A DNA stretch of 64,000 nucleotides from Candidatus Hydrogenedentota bacterium (GTDB lineage: Bacteria > Hydrogenedentota > Hydrogenedentia > Hydrogenedentales > SLHB01), in the NCBI GenBank assembly GCA_963745075.1, contig CAVUWV010000012.1, forward strand, positions 96,001 to 160,000. Direction: 5' to 3'. Shown here piece after piece: positions 49,471-60,454 of this stretch (positions within the stretch are counted from its first letter, which is position 1; each line of letters begins with the position of its first letter). A program made the translations under genes and the position numbers. Below the pieces are notes generated by a model. That model worked only from the letters and a program-made list of their open reading frames with translations, did no database searches and was not told the DNA's origin.

Positions 49471-50868
49471 GTGTCCAAGTGGTCGGTAGTTATCGGGCTG
49501 GTGGTGGTATTGGCTCTGGTTGCCGTTCTGATGACCCTTGTGCACATCGAGTCGACGCGAACCAAGCAGACCTTAGAAGCTGAGCGCGAAAGCGCGCCAG
49601 TCCAGGGCGCGGAACAAGGGACGCACAATCTTCCCACGGCGCCGGGCATTGTCAAGCGCGGCCCCAAAATCGATTTTCTCAAACCTACACCGATTGGGTT
49701 TCCGGTAGGCGACACGAAGCCGTGGATTACCCACGCCAAGATCGTGGACCTCAACGAGGACGGTCTCAAGGACGTAGTCGTGTGCGACGCAACGTCCAAC
49801 CGAATCAGTTGGATCGAACATTCAACCGATGGTCAATATGCGGAGAAACTGGTTGGCGATACGATACTGGCGCCGGCCCACGTCGAAGCCATCGATTTCG
49901 ACAAGGACGGCGATCTCGACCTCCTCATCGCGAAGATGGGCGCCATCGCCCCTACCAACGACAAGATTGGCGGCGTCGTAGTCATGGAAAACGACGGTAC
50001 GCAGCAGTTCACCAATCACGTTCTGATCGATCAGGTCGCGCGCGTGGCGGACGTTCGAAGGCGGCGACTTTGACGGCGACGGCGACCTCGACCTCGTGGC
50101 CGGCCAGTTCGGCTACGACGACGGTGAAATCCGCTGGATGGAGAACCTCGGCGGCGACTGGAAGTTCAAAAGCCACATTCTGCAATCCCTGTCCGGCACC
50201 ATTCACACGCCGGTCGCGGACATCGACAAGGATGGCGACCTGGATATCATTGCGCTGGTGTCTCAGGAATGGGAAGAAATCTACGCGTTCATCAACGACG
50301 GACACGGCCAGTTTGAAACGCGGCGGTTATACGGCGCAACCAACGAAGACTTTGGCAGCAGCGGCATATCGCTGGTGGACTTTGACAAGGACGGTGATCT
50401 CGACATTCTCTATACCAACGGCGACGCATTCGACTACATGCCGCCGGGGCCCCGGCCTTGGCACGGGGTCCAGTGGCTGGAAAATCACGGCGACTTCAAT
50501 TTCGAGTACCACCGCGTGGGAGATTTTTCCGGAGCCTATTTCGCCAACGGCGTTGACGTGGACAACGACGGCGATCGGGATATCGTCGTGGTGAGTTATT
50601 CAACCGCTGGGAGGACCCCAACGCCCAGTCCATGATCTGGTTCGAAAACGACGGCTCGATGAACTTCACGCGTCACAATATCACGTCCAATCCGACCCAC
50701 CTGCTGTCCCTCGACGCAGGGGATATGGACGGCGACGGCTGGACCGACTTCGTATCGGGCGGGATGCACCTCTACCCGCCGGACGACCGCAGAAGCCGCA
50801 TCGTCCTGTGGAAGAACGATTGGCCCAACCGCACCGTAGAAGGTGACCCAGCCCCGTCTAATGGGTAA
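49471..50868 (+). CDS. Membrane-anchored FG-GAP/VCBS repeat protein; two apparent frameshifts (about 50059 and 50598)
   Basis: DxDxDGDLD repeats continue over three consecutive frames; N-terminal TM segment. Confidence 0.78.
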
Positions 50869-52351
50869 GTCAACCAAAACGAAAGAAGCGCCGCCGGAAC
50901 CCAAGAAACAGCGCAGCGCTTTCGTGTGGGCCGCACTCACCATAGTCGTGGTGGGTGCGATTGCCTGGACCGGCGTGATCCTGGTGAAGGGAGCCCATCG
51001 GAGAGAAATCTTGCTTCAGTTGCCGCCGCAACCGGACATGCGCCAATACAACGAAACCCTCCGCGATCGCATCTCGCAGGCCGAAGACGTTCTCAAGGAT
51101 GGTCCCCTCGGGCCCGGTCTGGGACATCTCGGCAACCTCTATATGGCGAACTATTTTTACGATCAGGCCGCAACCTGCTACGAACTCGCCATGCAGGAAG
51201 ACCCGAAGAACGCGCAGTGGCCCTATCTGTTGGCCTACGTGCGTTCGATGATGGGGAATACCCCCGGCGCGATGCCGCTGTTCGATGAGGCCATCGAGCG
51301 CAATCCCAACTATGTGCCCGCACGCCTGCGACGCGCGGACAACCGCTACAAAGACGGCGACCTGGAAGCCGCCGAGCGCGATTACGCGCGTTGTGCCGAA
51401 CTCGAACCCACCAACGTGTACGCCGCACTCGGCTTGGCGCGCATCGCGCTCGATCGCGAAGAATGGGAAAACGCGGAAGGGATACTCAAGAAAGCGCTGA
51501 AAGACGACCCTGCGTTTGGAAATACGCATCGATTGATGGCGAAAGTTCTCGACCATTATGGACGCACGGAAGAGCGGGATCGTGAACTGCAGATCGCCGA
51601 GGACTGTGGACGATTTGTCCCTGCGCCGGATCCCTGGGTTGACGAGGTGGACAAGGAGCTTTGTTTCCACACGCAAAAGCTTTTGACCAAGGGCTACGTG
51701 GCGGAAAAGAACAAGGACTATGATTTGGCCCGGTCCATCTATGAACGGATCGTTACGATCGAGCCCGACAATTTTGACGCCAATTTCCGGCTCGCCACCG
51801 TCTTGCAGGCCGTAAAGGAACGGGATAAGGCGGAAGCCCTCTATGAGCGCGCGCTGAAACTCAAGTGCACCGATACGTCCCGGTACACCGTCATTTACAG
51901 CAACCTGGGGGAACTTTACTACCAGAAGGGCGACACAAACCGTGCGGTGGAATGTCTGAATAAGGCCCTCGAACTCGACCCGGAGTTCTTCGCCGCGCAC
52001 CTGAGTCTCGGCGCCATACTGACAAAACTGGGGAAACCGGACGAAGCCATCAAACACTGTCAGAAAGCGCTCGAAATCGAACCCAAGGCCGATGGCGCGC
52101 ACTATAACTGGGGCGTTGCCCTGCTCAAGGAAGGGAAGATCGAAGAAGCCATGGCCCAGTTTCAGGCCGCAGTCCAACTCAATCCCGATTTGGCGCTGGC
52201 CCACTACCAGATCGGCGTGTACCACCTCCGTAACGGCGACACGGAAGCCGCCGCCCAGTCCCTTCATCAGGCCCTCGTCGCCGCTCAGAAGACCGGCAAC
52301 CGTGCGCTCGCGCAGCGTATTCAGCAGACCCTCGCCGGCGCGGCGGCCTGA
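50861..52351 (+). CDS. Membrane-anchored tetratricopeptide repeat protein
   Basis: N-terminal TM segment; multiple TPR units (A..CY..A...DP, NLG..Y...G...A...L.KALE.DP). Confidence 0.88.
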   Translation: MGKSTKTKEAPPEPKKQRSAFVWAALTIVVVGAIAWTGVILVKGAHRREILLQLPPQPDMRQYNETLRDRISQAEDVLKDGPLGPGLGHLGNLYMANYFYDQAATCYELAMQEDPKNAQWPYLLAYVRSMMGNTPGAMPLFDEAIERNPNYVPARLRRADNRYKDGDLEAAERDYARCAELEPTNVYAALGLARIALDREEWENAEGILKKALKDDPAFGNTHRLMAKVLDHYGRTEERDRELQIAEDCGRFVPAPDPWVDEVDKELCFHTQKLLTKGYVAEKNKDYDLARSIYERIVTIEPDNFDANFRLATVLQAVKERDKAEALYERALKLKCTDTSRYTVIYSNLGELYYQKGDTNRAVECLNKALELDPEFFAAHLSLGAILTKLGKPDEAIKHCQKALEIEPKADGAHYNWGVALLKEGKIEEAMAQFQAAVQLNPDLALAHYQIGVYHLRNGDTEAAAQSLHQALVAAQKTGNRALAQRIQQTLAGAAA

Positions 52352-52375
52352 GCCCACCACGATCCCGCAGCGTTA

Positions 52376-53542
52376 CTAGTACACGGGTTGGAAAACGACA
52401 CAGACTGGCGCGGCTATCCCCACGTCACGTCCCGTGGGGGCCACTGTGCCGTGCTCGGGGTCGATGCGAAAAACGACGACGTTGTCCGTATCCTGGTTCG
52501 CCGCGAAGAGATAGCGGCCCGAGGGATCAATGTTGAAACTGCGCGGCGTGTGCCCGCCCGTGGGCGTGTGGCCGATGTCCGCGAGTCTTCCCGTATCCTC
52601 GTCGATTGCGAACACGGCGATGCTGTCGTGTCCCCGGTTCGACGCGTATAGGAACTTACCCGAGGGGTGCACCTGAATTTCGGCTGTCGTGTTGTCGCCG
52701 TCGAATCCTTCCGGGAGCGTTCCGATGCTCTGCAATTCCTGCATCGCGCCGGACTCCGCATCATAGGCAAACGCCGTCACGGTGTTGCCCATTTCGTTTA
52801 CGCAATAGATGAATCGTCCCGAGGGGTGAATCGCGACGTGTCGCGGTCCCGAACCGGGCGCGACCCGTGCAAACGGAGGATTATTGGCCGTCAACTCGCC
52901 CCTCGCTGCGTCGTACCGGTAGAGCATCAGCTTGTCCAGGCCCAAGTCCGCCGCGATGAGCATGCGCCCGGCTTTGTCGAACGTGACGGAATGCGCGTGG
53001 GGGCCTTCCTGGCGCTGCGGATTGACGCTACTACCTTCGTGTTGAATGAAACTGCTGGCCGGGTTTAGGCTCCCGTCGTCCTCCACGGGAAATAGCGCAA
53101 TGCTCCCTCCGCCATAATTCGCCGCCGCCACGTGTCTGCCGGAAGGCGCCACGCACACATGGCAGGGTCCTGTCCCGATTGTGGACTCCTGGTTGATGAG
53201 TTTAAGAAGACCGGTAACCTTGTCGATGGCAAACGCGCTGATCGTCCCACCCGGGTGTTCCGAGGTCCCTGCCATTTCGCCCACCGCGTAGAGCACCGCT
53301 TTATCGGGATGAATGGCCAGGAAGGACGGGTTTTCCGTCGCGACCGCCAGCCCCTGCAACGTCAGATCGCCCGTCGACGCGTCAAAGTCGAGCAGATAGA
53401 TTCCCTCACTTACCCCCTGTGTGTACGTGCCGACGTATACCCGGTAGTGATCCGGCATGGGGTTCTCCTGGGCAAATGCGTTGACGGCTAAGACGCTGGC
53501 AAGTCCAGATACAAACAAGGCGAATCCGGATAGCATTCTCAT
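52376..53542 (-). CDS. pgl: Lactonase, 6-phosphogluconolactonase family (7-bladed propeller), with signal peptide
   Basis: VYVGTYT, NPSFLA, GPCH, ANY.GG, RQEGPHAH, DLGLD, GSGPRH and SNRGHDSI motifs. Confidence 0.9.
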   Translation of the reverse strand: MRMLSGFALFVSGLASVLAVNAFAQENPMPDHYRVYVGTYTQGVSEGIYLLDFDASTGDLTLQGLAVATENPSFLAIHPDKAVLYAVGEMAGTSEHPGGTISAFAIDKVTGLLKLINQESTIGTGPCHVCVAPSGRHVAAANYGGGSIALFPVEDDGSLNPASSFIQHEGSSVNPQRQEGPHAHSVTFDKAGRMLIAADLGLDKLMLYRYDAARGELTANNPPFARVAPGSGPRHVAIHPSGRFIYCVNEMGNTVTAFAYDAESGAMQELQSIGTLPEGFDGDNTTAEIQVHPSGKFLYASNRGHDSIAVFAIDEDTGRLADIGHTPTGGHTPRSFNIDPSGRYLFAANQDTDNVVVFRIDPEHGTVAPTGRDVGIAAPVCVVFQPVY

Positions 53543-53565
53543 GGCTATCGTTCCCTTCTTCGTTT

Positions 53566-54012
53566 CTACAGCTTCACCTTGACCACCACTTTCCGCACGG
53601 TGCACGGCGTTTCGTGCACGATGCACGGCGCGTGCGCATCGTCCGGCATGAACACGCAAAACTGCTCCGGCCGAAGGACGAGGTCCGTTGTCCCGGGTAT
53701 CAGCGCGTAGAACTCGAAATCCGGCTCATACGGCTTTGTTACTGTAAGCCCTTCCCGCGGCGCCCACAGGATCGACTCTTTACCGTCCAGCAGAATCTGA
53801 ATGTCCGCGTAGTCCCGATGCGCCTCGAACTCCTGCTCATCTCGTGGTTTCGACTCGTAGGTCTGCACCATGCAGAAGAGATTGTCGCCGTCCAGTTCGT
53901 ATTTCCCATCTGCAACGCCCGCATCCAACTGCTCCAGATATGCAAATCCATGCCCGAACCGCTCGTTGGGCCACGCGTACTGTCCCCAGTTCTTCAGCAA
54001 ATCCATAATCAT
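53566..54012 (-). CDS. YhcH/YjgK/YiaL family protein
   Basis: FEAHRDYADIQ..L.G.E, F..FMP.DAHAP and KVVVKV motifs. Confidence 0.9.
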   Translation of the reverse strand: MIMDLLKNWGQYAWPNERFGHGFAYLEQLDAGVADGKYELDGDNLFCMVQTYESKPRDEQEFEAHRDYADIQILLDGKESILWAPREGLTVTKPYEPDFEFYALIPGTTDLVLRPEQFCVFMPDDAHAPCIVHETPCTVRKVVVKVKL

Positions 54013-54222
54013 GTCCGTTTCCCCTTGGTCGTTTACGTGCGTTACCGTGACGTGGATTATGCCAGATGGTGCCCCGTCGTATCTCCCGCTACCAGCGCAT
54101 TTGCTTTTGACGCCTCTCGCGAAGAGGTCTACAATTAAACCCGAGCGGCTTAGGGGGAGTCGCGGAAGTTTCATCTGCAATTCCGGTTTAGGCCGGAGTT
54201 CAACCTTGGGGGATTTCCTGCC

Positions 54223-55560
54223 ATGTCGGAACACGCGATCCATTCCAGAAGCACGCGGAGGAGTTTTCTGAAGACCGCAGGCGTTGCGGGGGCAAGTTTG
54301 TATCTCAGCGGGGCCGCGACGTCCCGTGCCGCCGCACCTGCGAAACTGGAAACACTGGCCGTGAACGCCGGCCCGAAGGCCGTGTCGGCGGTCGTCGATA
54401 ACGCCACGAAGTGGCCCCTGTACGGTGAAGAAGAAATCGCCGCTGTGTCCGAGTTGCTCCGCGCGCCGGATTACGCCCCCGTCGCCCAATTCGAGGATGC
54501 CTGGAAAGCCTATCACGGGTGTGCGTACGCCAAAGCCCACTGCAACGGCACCAGCGCGTTGACCTCCATGTTGTTCGCCCTGCAACTGCCGCCGGGCAGC
54601 GAGGTGTTGGTCCCCGATTACAGCACCTGGTTTCCGGTTGTGCCCATGCGCTTCTTCGATCTTGTGCCGGTTTTTGTCGACTCAGACCCGAAGACTATGA
54701 ATATCGATCTCGAGGACTGCAAGCGGCGGCTGACGAGCAAGACACGCGCGATCATGCCCGTGCACTGGTACGGGCTCCCCTGCGAGATGCCGGAGATTTG
54801 TGCCTTCGCGGAAGAACACGGACTTAACGTCGTCGAAGACGCCAGCCACGCCCACGGTGCCTGGGTCGGGGGCGAACGGATCGGCAACTGGGGCCGCATG
54901 GCCGGGTTCAGCCTGCAAGGGACGAAGCCGTTGCCGTCCATCGAGGGCGGGATCGGCATGTACAAGGACCAAGGCGACTACGAGCGCGCGACGACCTACG
55001 GAAACTACGATCTGCCGAACACGTTCCCGGAAGGCAGCCCCTACCGGAAGTATCAGGGCACGGCTTTCGGATCGAAACTCCGCATTCACCCGGTCTCGGC
55101 CATCCTGGCCCGCATCCAACTCGGCAAACTCGACGACATGAATAGTGCCGGCGTCGCCCAAGTCCGCAGATTAAACGACCGGATCACCCAATTGCCCGGC
55201 CTCAGCGAACAGTACGCCCGTCCGGACATGAAGCGCGTGTACTATTCCAAGAACATCCTGTTCCTCGACGAGAAAGCCGCGGGCATGCCCCGTGGAAAAG
55301 TGGTGGAAGCGCTGAAAGCCGAAGGGGTCGACGTGATCGAGAACAACTGGACCATGCTCCACGAATACCCAATCTTCGCCGAATCCCAGTGGTGGCGGCA
55401 TATGCCCGTTCTGCCGGATCCGGACTCGGTTCCCGGTGCTCTCGAAGCCAATCGCACCGCCATCCAGGTCGCGTACTTCACGTCCGACCAGCCCGAGTTG
55501 GTTGAGCAATACGGCGACGCCTTCGAGAAAGTGTGGGCGCACCGCGGAGATTTGACATAA
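54223..55560 (+). CDS. DegT/DnrJ/EryC1/StrS aminotransferase with Tat signal
   Basis: TRRSFLK; NGTSAL, VHWYG, EDASHAHG and SLQGTK..EGG motifs. Confidence 0.9.
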   Translation: MSEHAIHSRSTRRSFLKTAGVAGASLYLSGAATSRAAAPAKLETLAVNAGPKAVSAVVDNATKWPLYGEEEIAAVSELLRAPDYAPVAQFEDAWKAYHGCAYAKAHCNGTSALTSMLFALQLPPGSEVLVPDYSTWFPVVPMRFFDLVPVFVDSDPKTMNIDLEDCKRRLTSKTRAIMPVHWYGLPCEMPEICAFAEEHGLNVVEDASHAHGAWVGGERIGNWGRMAGFSLQGTKPLPSIEGGIGMYKDQGDYERATTYGNYDLPNTFPEGSPYRKYQGTAFGSKLRIHPVSAILARIQLGKLDDMNSAGVAQVRRLNDRITQLPGLSEQYARPDMKRVYYSKNILFLDEKAAGMPRGKVVEALKAEGVDVIENNWTMLHEYPIFAESQWWRHMPVLPDPDSVPGALEANRTAIQVAYFTSDQPELVEQYGDAFEKVWAHRGDLT

Positions 55561-55609
55561 CGCGAGGCACAAGCCCTTGACAGAACGGACTACGTATCGT
55601 ATCCCGGTT

Positions 55610-55677
55610 CGTAATCGTAATCGTAATCGTAATCGTAATCGTAATCGTAATCGTAATCGTAATCGTAATCGTAATCG
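55610..55677. repeat. Hexanucleotide tandem repeat (CGTAAT)11
   Basis: 11 perfect units between convergent genes. Confidence 0.97.
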
Positions 55678-55679
55678 AT

Positions 55680-56492
55680 CTAGCCCAGCGCCACGTCGAG
55701 CGTCATCATGATGGCGAATCCGACCATGACGCCGATGGTGGGGAGGTCTGTGTCGCCTTTCCGTTGCGATTCGGGGATGAGTTCTTCGGCGACCACGAAG
55801 ATCATCGCCCCGGCCGCGAACGCGAGCGCGTAAGGAAGCAAGGGGCGCATCGCCAGGACCGCCGCGGCCCCGCAGATTCCAGCGATGGGTTCCACCAGGC
55901 CGGATGCCTGACCGTACATGAAGCTTTTCGTACGCGAGATTCCCTCACGGCGAAGGGGCACGGCCACAGCGGTACCCTCCGGAAAATTCTGTATGCCGAT
56001 GCCGAGGGCTAACGCGACAGCGCTCCCAAAAGTTGCCCCTTCGATTCCGGACGCCGCTGCGCCGAACGCAACGCCCACGGCGAGTCCCTCGGGAATGTTG
56101 TGCAAGGTGATCGCCAGGACCAACAACGTGCTGCGCCGCCACGAGGTGTGAATGCCTTCCGCCTCCTCCATCCGGAATCCCGGGTGCAGGTGGGGAAGCA
56201 GTTTGTCGATGGCCCAAAGGAATGCGCCGCCCGCAAGAAATCCGGTTAGTGGGGGGAACCACCGCGACAGGCCCATTTGTTCGCTGAGCGTGATGGCGGG
56301 CGCCAGCAGCGACCAGAAGCTTGCCGCAATCATGACCCCGGCCGCCATTCCGAGCATGGCGTCGAGAAGCGTCTGATCGATCGTACGGAATCCGAATACG
56401 AGAGCCGCCCCCAAGGCCGTGACGCCCCACGTGAACAAAGTCGCCAGTAAGGCCTGCCAGATTGGACTGACGTGCTCTAGTTGTTCCAGCAC
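55680..56492 (-). CDS. ZIP family metal transporter (GufA/ZupT-like)
   Basis: [20 protein letters not shown] and [14 protein letters not shown] motifs. Confidence 0.92.
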   Translation of the reverse strand: MLEQLEHVSPIWQALLATLFTWGVTALGAALVFGFRTIDQTLLDAMLGMAAGVMIAASFWSLLAPAITLSEQMGLSRWFPPLTGFLAGGAFLWAIDKLLPHLHPGFRMEEAEGIHTSWRRSTLLVLAITLHNIPEGLAVGVAFGAAASGIEGATFGSAVALALGIGIQNFPEGTAVAVPLRREGISRTKSFMYGQASGLVEPIAGICGAAAVLAMRPLLPYALAFAAGAMIFVVAEELIPESQRKGDTDLPTIGVMVGFAIMMTLDVALG

Positions 56493-56739
56493 TGTTTGCC
56501 TTTCCGTCTCGAAGTTTCAACGTACAAGCTGGTGGTGAGGGATCCGCGCAAAGTCTCGCAGGCATTGGATCACACCGTTACGACTGCTTCGCTCGATGGA
56601 TCGCATGGGCCCGGGTACATCGGTCAGCCGTTTGGTATCTGCCGTCGCAGTCAAGACCGCGTACGCACCAGCGCAATTGCGCCCATCGCGTGACGATCGA
56701 AGACAGCAGCGCGCCGCGGTTGTTTGTCTCGAGACGCCG

Positions 56740-57576
56740 CTAGAAATCAATCTCGTCGGGATGGGGGCCGATCCGTTCTTCCCGATCAAGCCCGTCGATA
56801 GTGGCCATTTCAGAGGCGCTCAGCTCGAAACCGAAGACATCCGCATTACTGGCGATCCGTTCCTGATGGACCGACTTCGGGATTGTCACCACGCCTTTTT
56901 GCAGTTCCCATCGTATGGTGACCTGGACCGGCGTCTTACCGTGCGCTTTCGCAATGGCCTGAATTTCGGGGACGTTATTCACCCGGCCCTTCATGATCGG
57001 CGCCCAGGCCTCGTGGGCGATATCGTTCTTCTGGTCGAAGGCAAGCAGTTCGGGCTGCTGTAGCCGCGGGTGAAACTCGACCTGGTTGACCATGGGTTTC
57101 ACCTTGGCGGATCCCAGAAGATCGTTCAGGTGATGCACGAGAAAGTTGCTGACGCCAATCGCTTTGGCCCGGCCTTCCCCGTAGATCTGTTCGAGTGCGC
57201 GCCAGGTCTCCTTGAATTTGCCCTTGACCGGCCAATGAATGAGGAAGAGGTCGACGTACTCCATCCCCAGCTTATCGAGGCTCGTTTGGAACGCCTGTAA
57301 CGTGGTGTCATATCCCTGGTCCGTGTTCCAGACTTTGGTCGTCACAAATACCTGCTCGCGCGGCACTCCACTCGCCGCGACAGCCTTTCCGACGTCCGCC
57401 TCATTCTGATAGATCGCCGCGGTATCGATGTGCCGGTACCCGATATCCAACGCCCAGTGGACGGCCTGTTCCGTTTCCGCCCCAGGCTCCGACCGCCACA
57501 CTCCCATTCCAAGTTGGGGGATGTCCATCCCGTTATGCAACCGCAATGTGCAATTGTCCAGTTCGCTCATAATCAC
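56740..57576 (-). CDS. Aldo/keto reductase
   Basis: GYRHIDTA..Y.NE, TTKVW, DL.LIHWP, IGVSNF and IPKS motifs. Confidence 0.95.
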   Translation of the reverse strand: MIMSELDNCTLRLHNGMDIPQLGMGVWRSEPGAETEQAVHWALDIGYRHIDTAAIYQNEADVGKAVAASGVPREQVFVTTKVWNTDQGYDTTLQAFQTSLDKLGMEYVDLFLIHWPVKGKFKETWRALEQIYGEGRAKAIGVSNFLVHHLNDLLGSAKVKPMVNQVEFHPRLQQPELLAFDQKNDIAHEAWAPIMKGRVNNVPEIQAIAKAHGKTPVQVTIRWELQKGVVTIPKSVHQERIASNADVFGFELSASEMATIDGLDREERIGPHPDEIDF

Positions 57577-57781
57577 CTCATCGTGTTCACGTGGAATCCT
57601 TTGCAGATACGTTAGTTATGCATCCCGGTGGACGTGGAATTCAAGGCCAATGGCCGAACGATACCCTTTGTGCCATCTTCCGGGGATGACGGACTTTTGC
57701 CTATGCGCCGTTCTTTGCTACGCTTGTATCTCAAGTAACTCGCCGCGCTGACCCAAGGTGCGGACTCTCAGAGTAAGCATC

Positions 57782-58867
57782 ATGGCACTTCGATTGGGAG
57801 AGTACGTCGTTTACGGGGAGATTCGAAACACGGGGAACTACAGTACCGCCGGTCTTCTCGTGTTACGCAGCGTCCCGGACGCTGATGAGGCGATCATCCA
57901 CCTGGCGCTCACCGGGAATTGTGGGCAAGACTTGAAAGGCAAACACTTCCGGTTCCGGCCGCGAGAAGGCGAGCCACACCAGGCGACTTTCGATCCGGCG
58001 TGTTTTGACGGGGTCCAGTACCGGCAGATCGGTCCGACGGGAACGATGACCGCCACGGGATGGGTTCGCGTGTTTGACTGCCCCGTAGAGGAATATCTCA
58101 AGCGTTCGAAACTCGGCGAGCCGCCGCCGACCGTGTGGAGACGCCGACTCTATCTCGAATGGTACAGCCAGAACGGCCGCGTCCTCATCGAGATGGCCGA
58201 TCCGATTCTCGAGGAATGCATTCGTCCGCCGACTGGAGAGAAAGACGAAGGAGAATGGATTCCGATCCCTCATTTGACCTTGCCGCCGGACCTGCCGGGG
58301 ACGGAGCGGCAGCCGGATCTGGGGATCACGACGTTCGAAGTCGACGGAGACGAAACGCATATCGAACATTGGTCCATCCGGGATGCGTCCGATGACGATG
58401 AGGACGAGTTCAGCACGGCCCCGGACGAACTTCAACGCCAACTCGACAAAGAAGCCCGGGCCATCGATCGTGCGATACAGGACCGTGAGCATGCGGCCGA
58501 TGAAGACCTGGCAGAGTTGGAACTCATGGACCAATGCCTGGAGCACAGTTTACGCCGCCCCGTCATGTCTTTGCTCAAAGATATCGATAAACTTCCCCGG
58601 CCCGAGACCCTGGACGACGAGGCCGTCGAAGCCGAGCTGAAGAAGATCTTGACGCAACTTGCGATGCTGAACGTAGCCCTCGACGTGTGCGATCACTGCA
58701 CTCCCCGGGATTGTTACCGCATGCTGCTCGACGAAATGCTGACGGACAACGAGACGTTCGAGGAACTCATCGGCACCGGTTGGGCGCAGCACATGATGAT
58801 CTCCGAATACTGTCCAAAATGTCAGGCTGAAGCTGAGGAAGAATACCGCGAGTACATGGAGGAGTGA
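57782..58867 (+). CDS. Hypothetical protein with acidic C-terminus and Cys pairs
   Basis: Long ORF with coding-like composition; LYLEWYSQNGR; CDHC and CPKC near the C-terminus. Confidence 0.65.
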   Translation: MALRLGEYVVYGEIRNTGNYSTAGLLVLRSVPDADEAIIHLALTGNCGQDLKGKHFRFRPREGEPHQATFDPACFDGVQYRQIGPTGTMTATGWVRVFDCPVEEYLKRSKLGEPPPTVWRRRLYLEWYSQNGRVLIEMADPILEECIRPPTGEKDEGEWIPIPHLTLPPDLPGTERQPDLGITTFEVDGDETHIEHWSIRDASDDDEDEFSTAPDELQRQLDKEARAIDRAIQDREHAADEDLAELELMDQCLEHSLRRPVMSLLKDIDKLPRPETLDDEAVEAELKKILTQLAMLNVALDVCDHCTPRDCYRMLLDEMLTDNETFEELIGTGWAQHMMISEYCPKCQAEAEEEYREYMEE

Positions 58868-58954
58868 TCGTGCGCCCGCCAGGCATCTGTGCGTGAAGGA
58901 AAGTCCGTGACTCGGGGACCCGATCCCAACGTAATGTTTCAGGAGAGTATCACG

Positions 58955-59392
58955 ATGAGTGCATACGCGAAGCAAACAGCGTCCACGGTTCTACCCGCAA
59001 TGCGATACCGCGACGCACCCAGTGCCATCGTATGGCTTTGTAAGGCATTCGGGTCTGAGAGACACCTCGTAGTCCCCGGCGAGCATGGCACGATCGCACA
59101 CGCGCAACTATCGTTCGGAAACGGCATGATTATGCTCGGGTTCGCCACGGACAATAAATTCGGCCGGCTCGTCAAGACCCCGGCCGACTTCGACGGAGGC
59201 ACTACAGAAAGTTCGTACATTACCGTTTCCGACGCGGACCAACACTACGCCCGGGCCGTTGCCGCTGGGGCGGAGATCGTCATCGAAATCAAGGACGAGG
59301 ATTACGGGGGGCGCGGCAATTCGTGCCGGAATCTTGAAGGTCACGTATGGAATTTTGGGACCTACGATCCCTGGTACACGGCCGGGTCATGA
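58955..59392 (+). CDS. VOC/glyoxalase family protein
   Basis: RYRDA..AI.WL..AFG, HAQL.FG.G.IM, YGGR and EGHVW.FGTYDP motifs; AGGAG RBS. Confidence 0.88.
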   Translation: MSAYAKQTASTVLPAMRYRDAPSAIVWLCKAFGSERHLVVPGEHGTIAHAQLSFGNGMIMLGFATDNKFGRLVKTPADFDGGTTESSYITVSDADQHYARAVAAGAEIVIEIKDEDYGGRGNSCRNLEGHVWNFGTYDPWYTAGS

Positions 59393-60162
59393 TCGTCGAC
59401 CGGATGCGGCCCTGGTTTCTCGCGGCGGTGAGCCTCGCCTTCGTGGCGCCGTCCTTTTCGGATTTGCCAACTTCCGAGTCGCAGGTTCGGCGCCTCTACG
59501 TGATCGGCGACTCCACCGCCGCCGCGTATCCCGCCGATCGTGCGCCCTTGACGGGGTGGGCGCAAGTGTTTCAGTCCTGTTTTGATTCGAATTGCGTGGT
59601 GGTGGACGACCGGGCACGTAGCGGCAGAAGCTCCAAAAGCTTCTACGAAGAAGGCGCCTGGACGCCCATTCGGGATGCGTTGAAACCGGGCGATTACGTT
59701 TTCATTCAGTTCGGGCACAACGACCAGAAAAAAGAAGATCCCGCGCGCTTCACGGACCCCAAAACGACCTACCGCGAGTTTCTTATGAAGTACGTGAATG
59801 ACGCTCGCGCGGCCGGTGCAATACCCGTCTTGCTGACCTCCATTAACCGAAACCGGTGGGCCGAAGATCGGTCCTTTGTCGATACCTTGGGTGACTATCC
59901 AACCGCAGTTCGTGAATTGGCGAAAGAATTGAACACGCCGCTCATCGACCTCCACCGGCTTACCCGAAAACGCTTCGAAGAACTCGGTCCAGCCGGAACG
60001 CATGGGTTGTTTCTTTACCTCGACAAGGGCGTCTCCCCGAACTATCCGGATGGCAAACAAGATGGTACGCACCTGTGCCTCGAAGGCGCACAGGAAGTGA
60101 GCAAGCTCGTAGCCCGTGCGATTCGCAACCTGGACCTGCCGCTTGCGTCCTGCCTGCACTAG
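59389..60162 (+). CDS. SGNH rhamnogalacturonan acetylesterase-like (CE12)
   Basis: GDST, GW.Q, SGRSSKSF, QFGHND and DGTH motifs. Confidence 0.9.
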   Translation: MIVDRMRPWFLAAVSLAFVAPSFSDLPTSESQVRRLYVIGDSTAAAYPADRAPLTGWAQVFQSCFDSNCVVVDDRARSGRSSKSFYEEGAWTPIRDALKPGDYVFIQFGHNDQKKEDPARFTDPKTTYREFLMKYVNDARAAGAIPVLLTSINRNRWAEDRSFVDTLGDYPTAVRELAKELNTPLIDLHRLTRKRFEELGPAGTHGLFLYLDKGVSPNYPDGKQDGTHLCLEGAQEVSKLVARAIRNLDLPLASCLH

Positions 60163-60336
60163 GCGACCTCGGACGGTCATCGGTCTTCACAAACGCACGA
60201 CGTTCCCCATCGTTGGGGAGAACCCCGCGATTTCCACTTCGATATCGGCGTTCCCATGCTGACGTCTTTGAAGTTCCGGCTTTGCCGTCTCCACCGTGCC
60301 TTATTCTGTAGCGGTGGCGTACCGGTTCCACACCGG

Positions 60337-60353
60337 TTGGCACACAAAATGCT
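60337..60353 (+). promoter_or_regulatory. Putative sigma54 promoter
   Basis: TTGGCACACAAAATGCT, GG-N10-GC, about 100 nt before ATG 60455. Confidence 0.6.
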
Positions 60354-60454
60354 CCTAGATTGGTAGAACCGGTGGTGACGAACAGGATCGACGAGCTCGG
60401 TTGGAGCGCAGTATCGCTTCGAGTCGCTTGTGATACCGGTAACAAGGAGCAACG

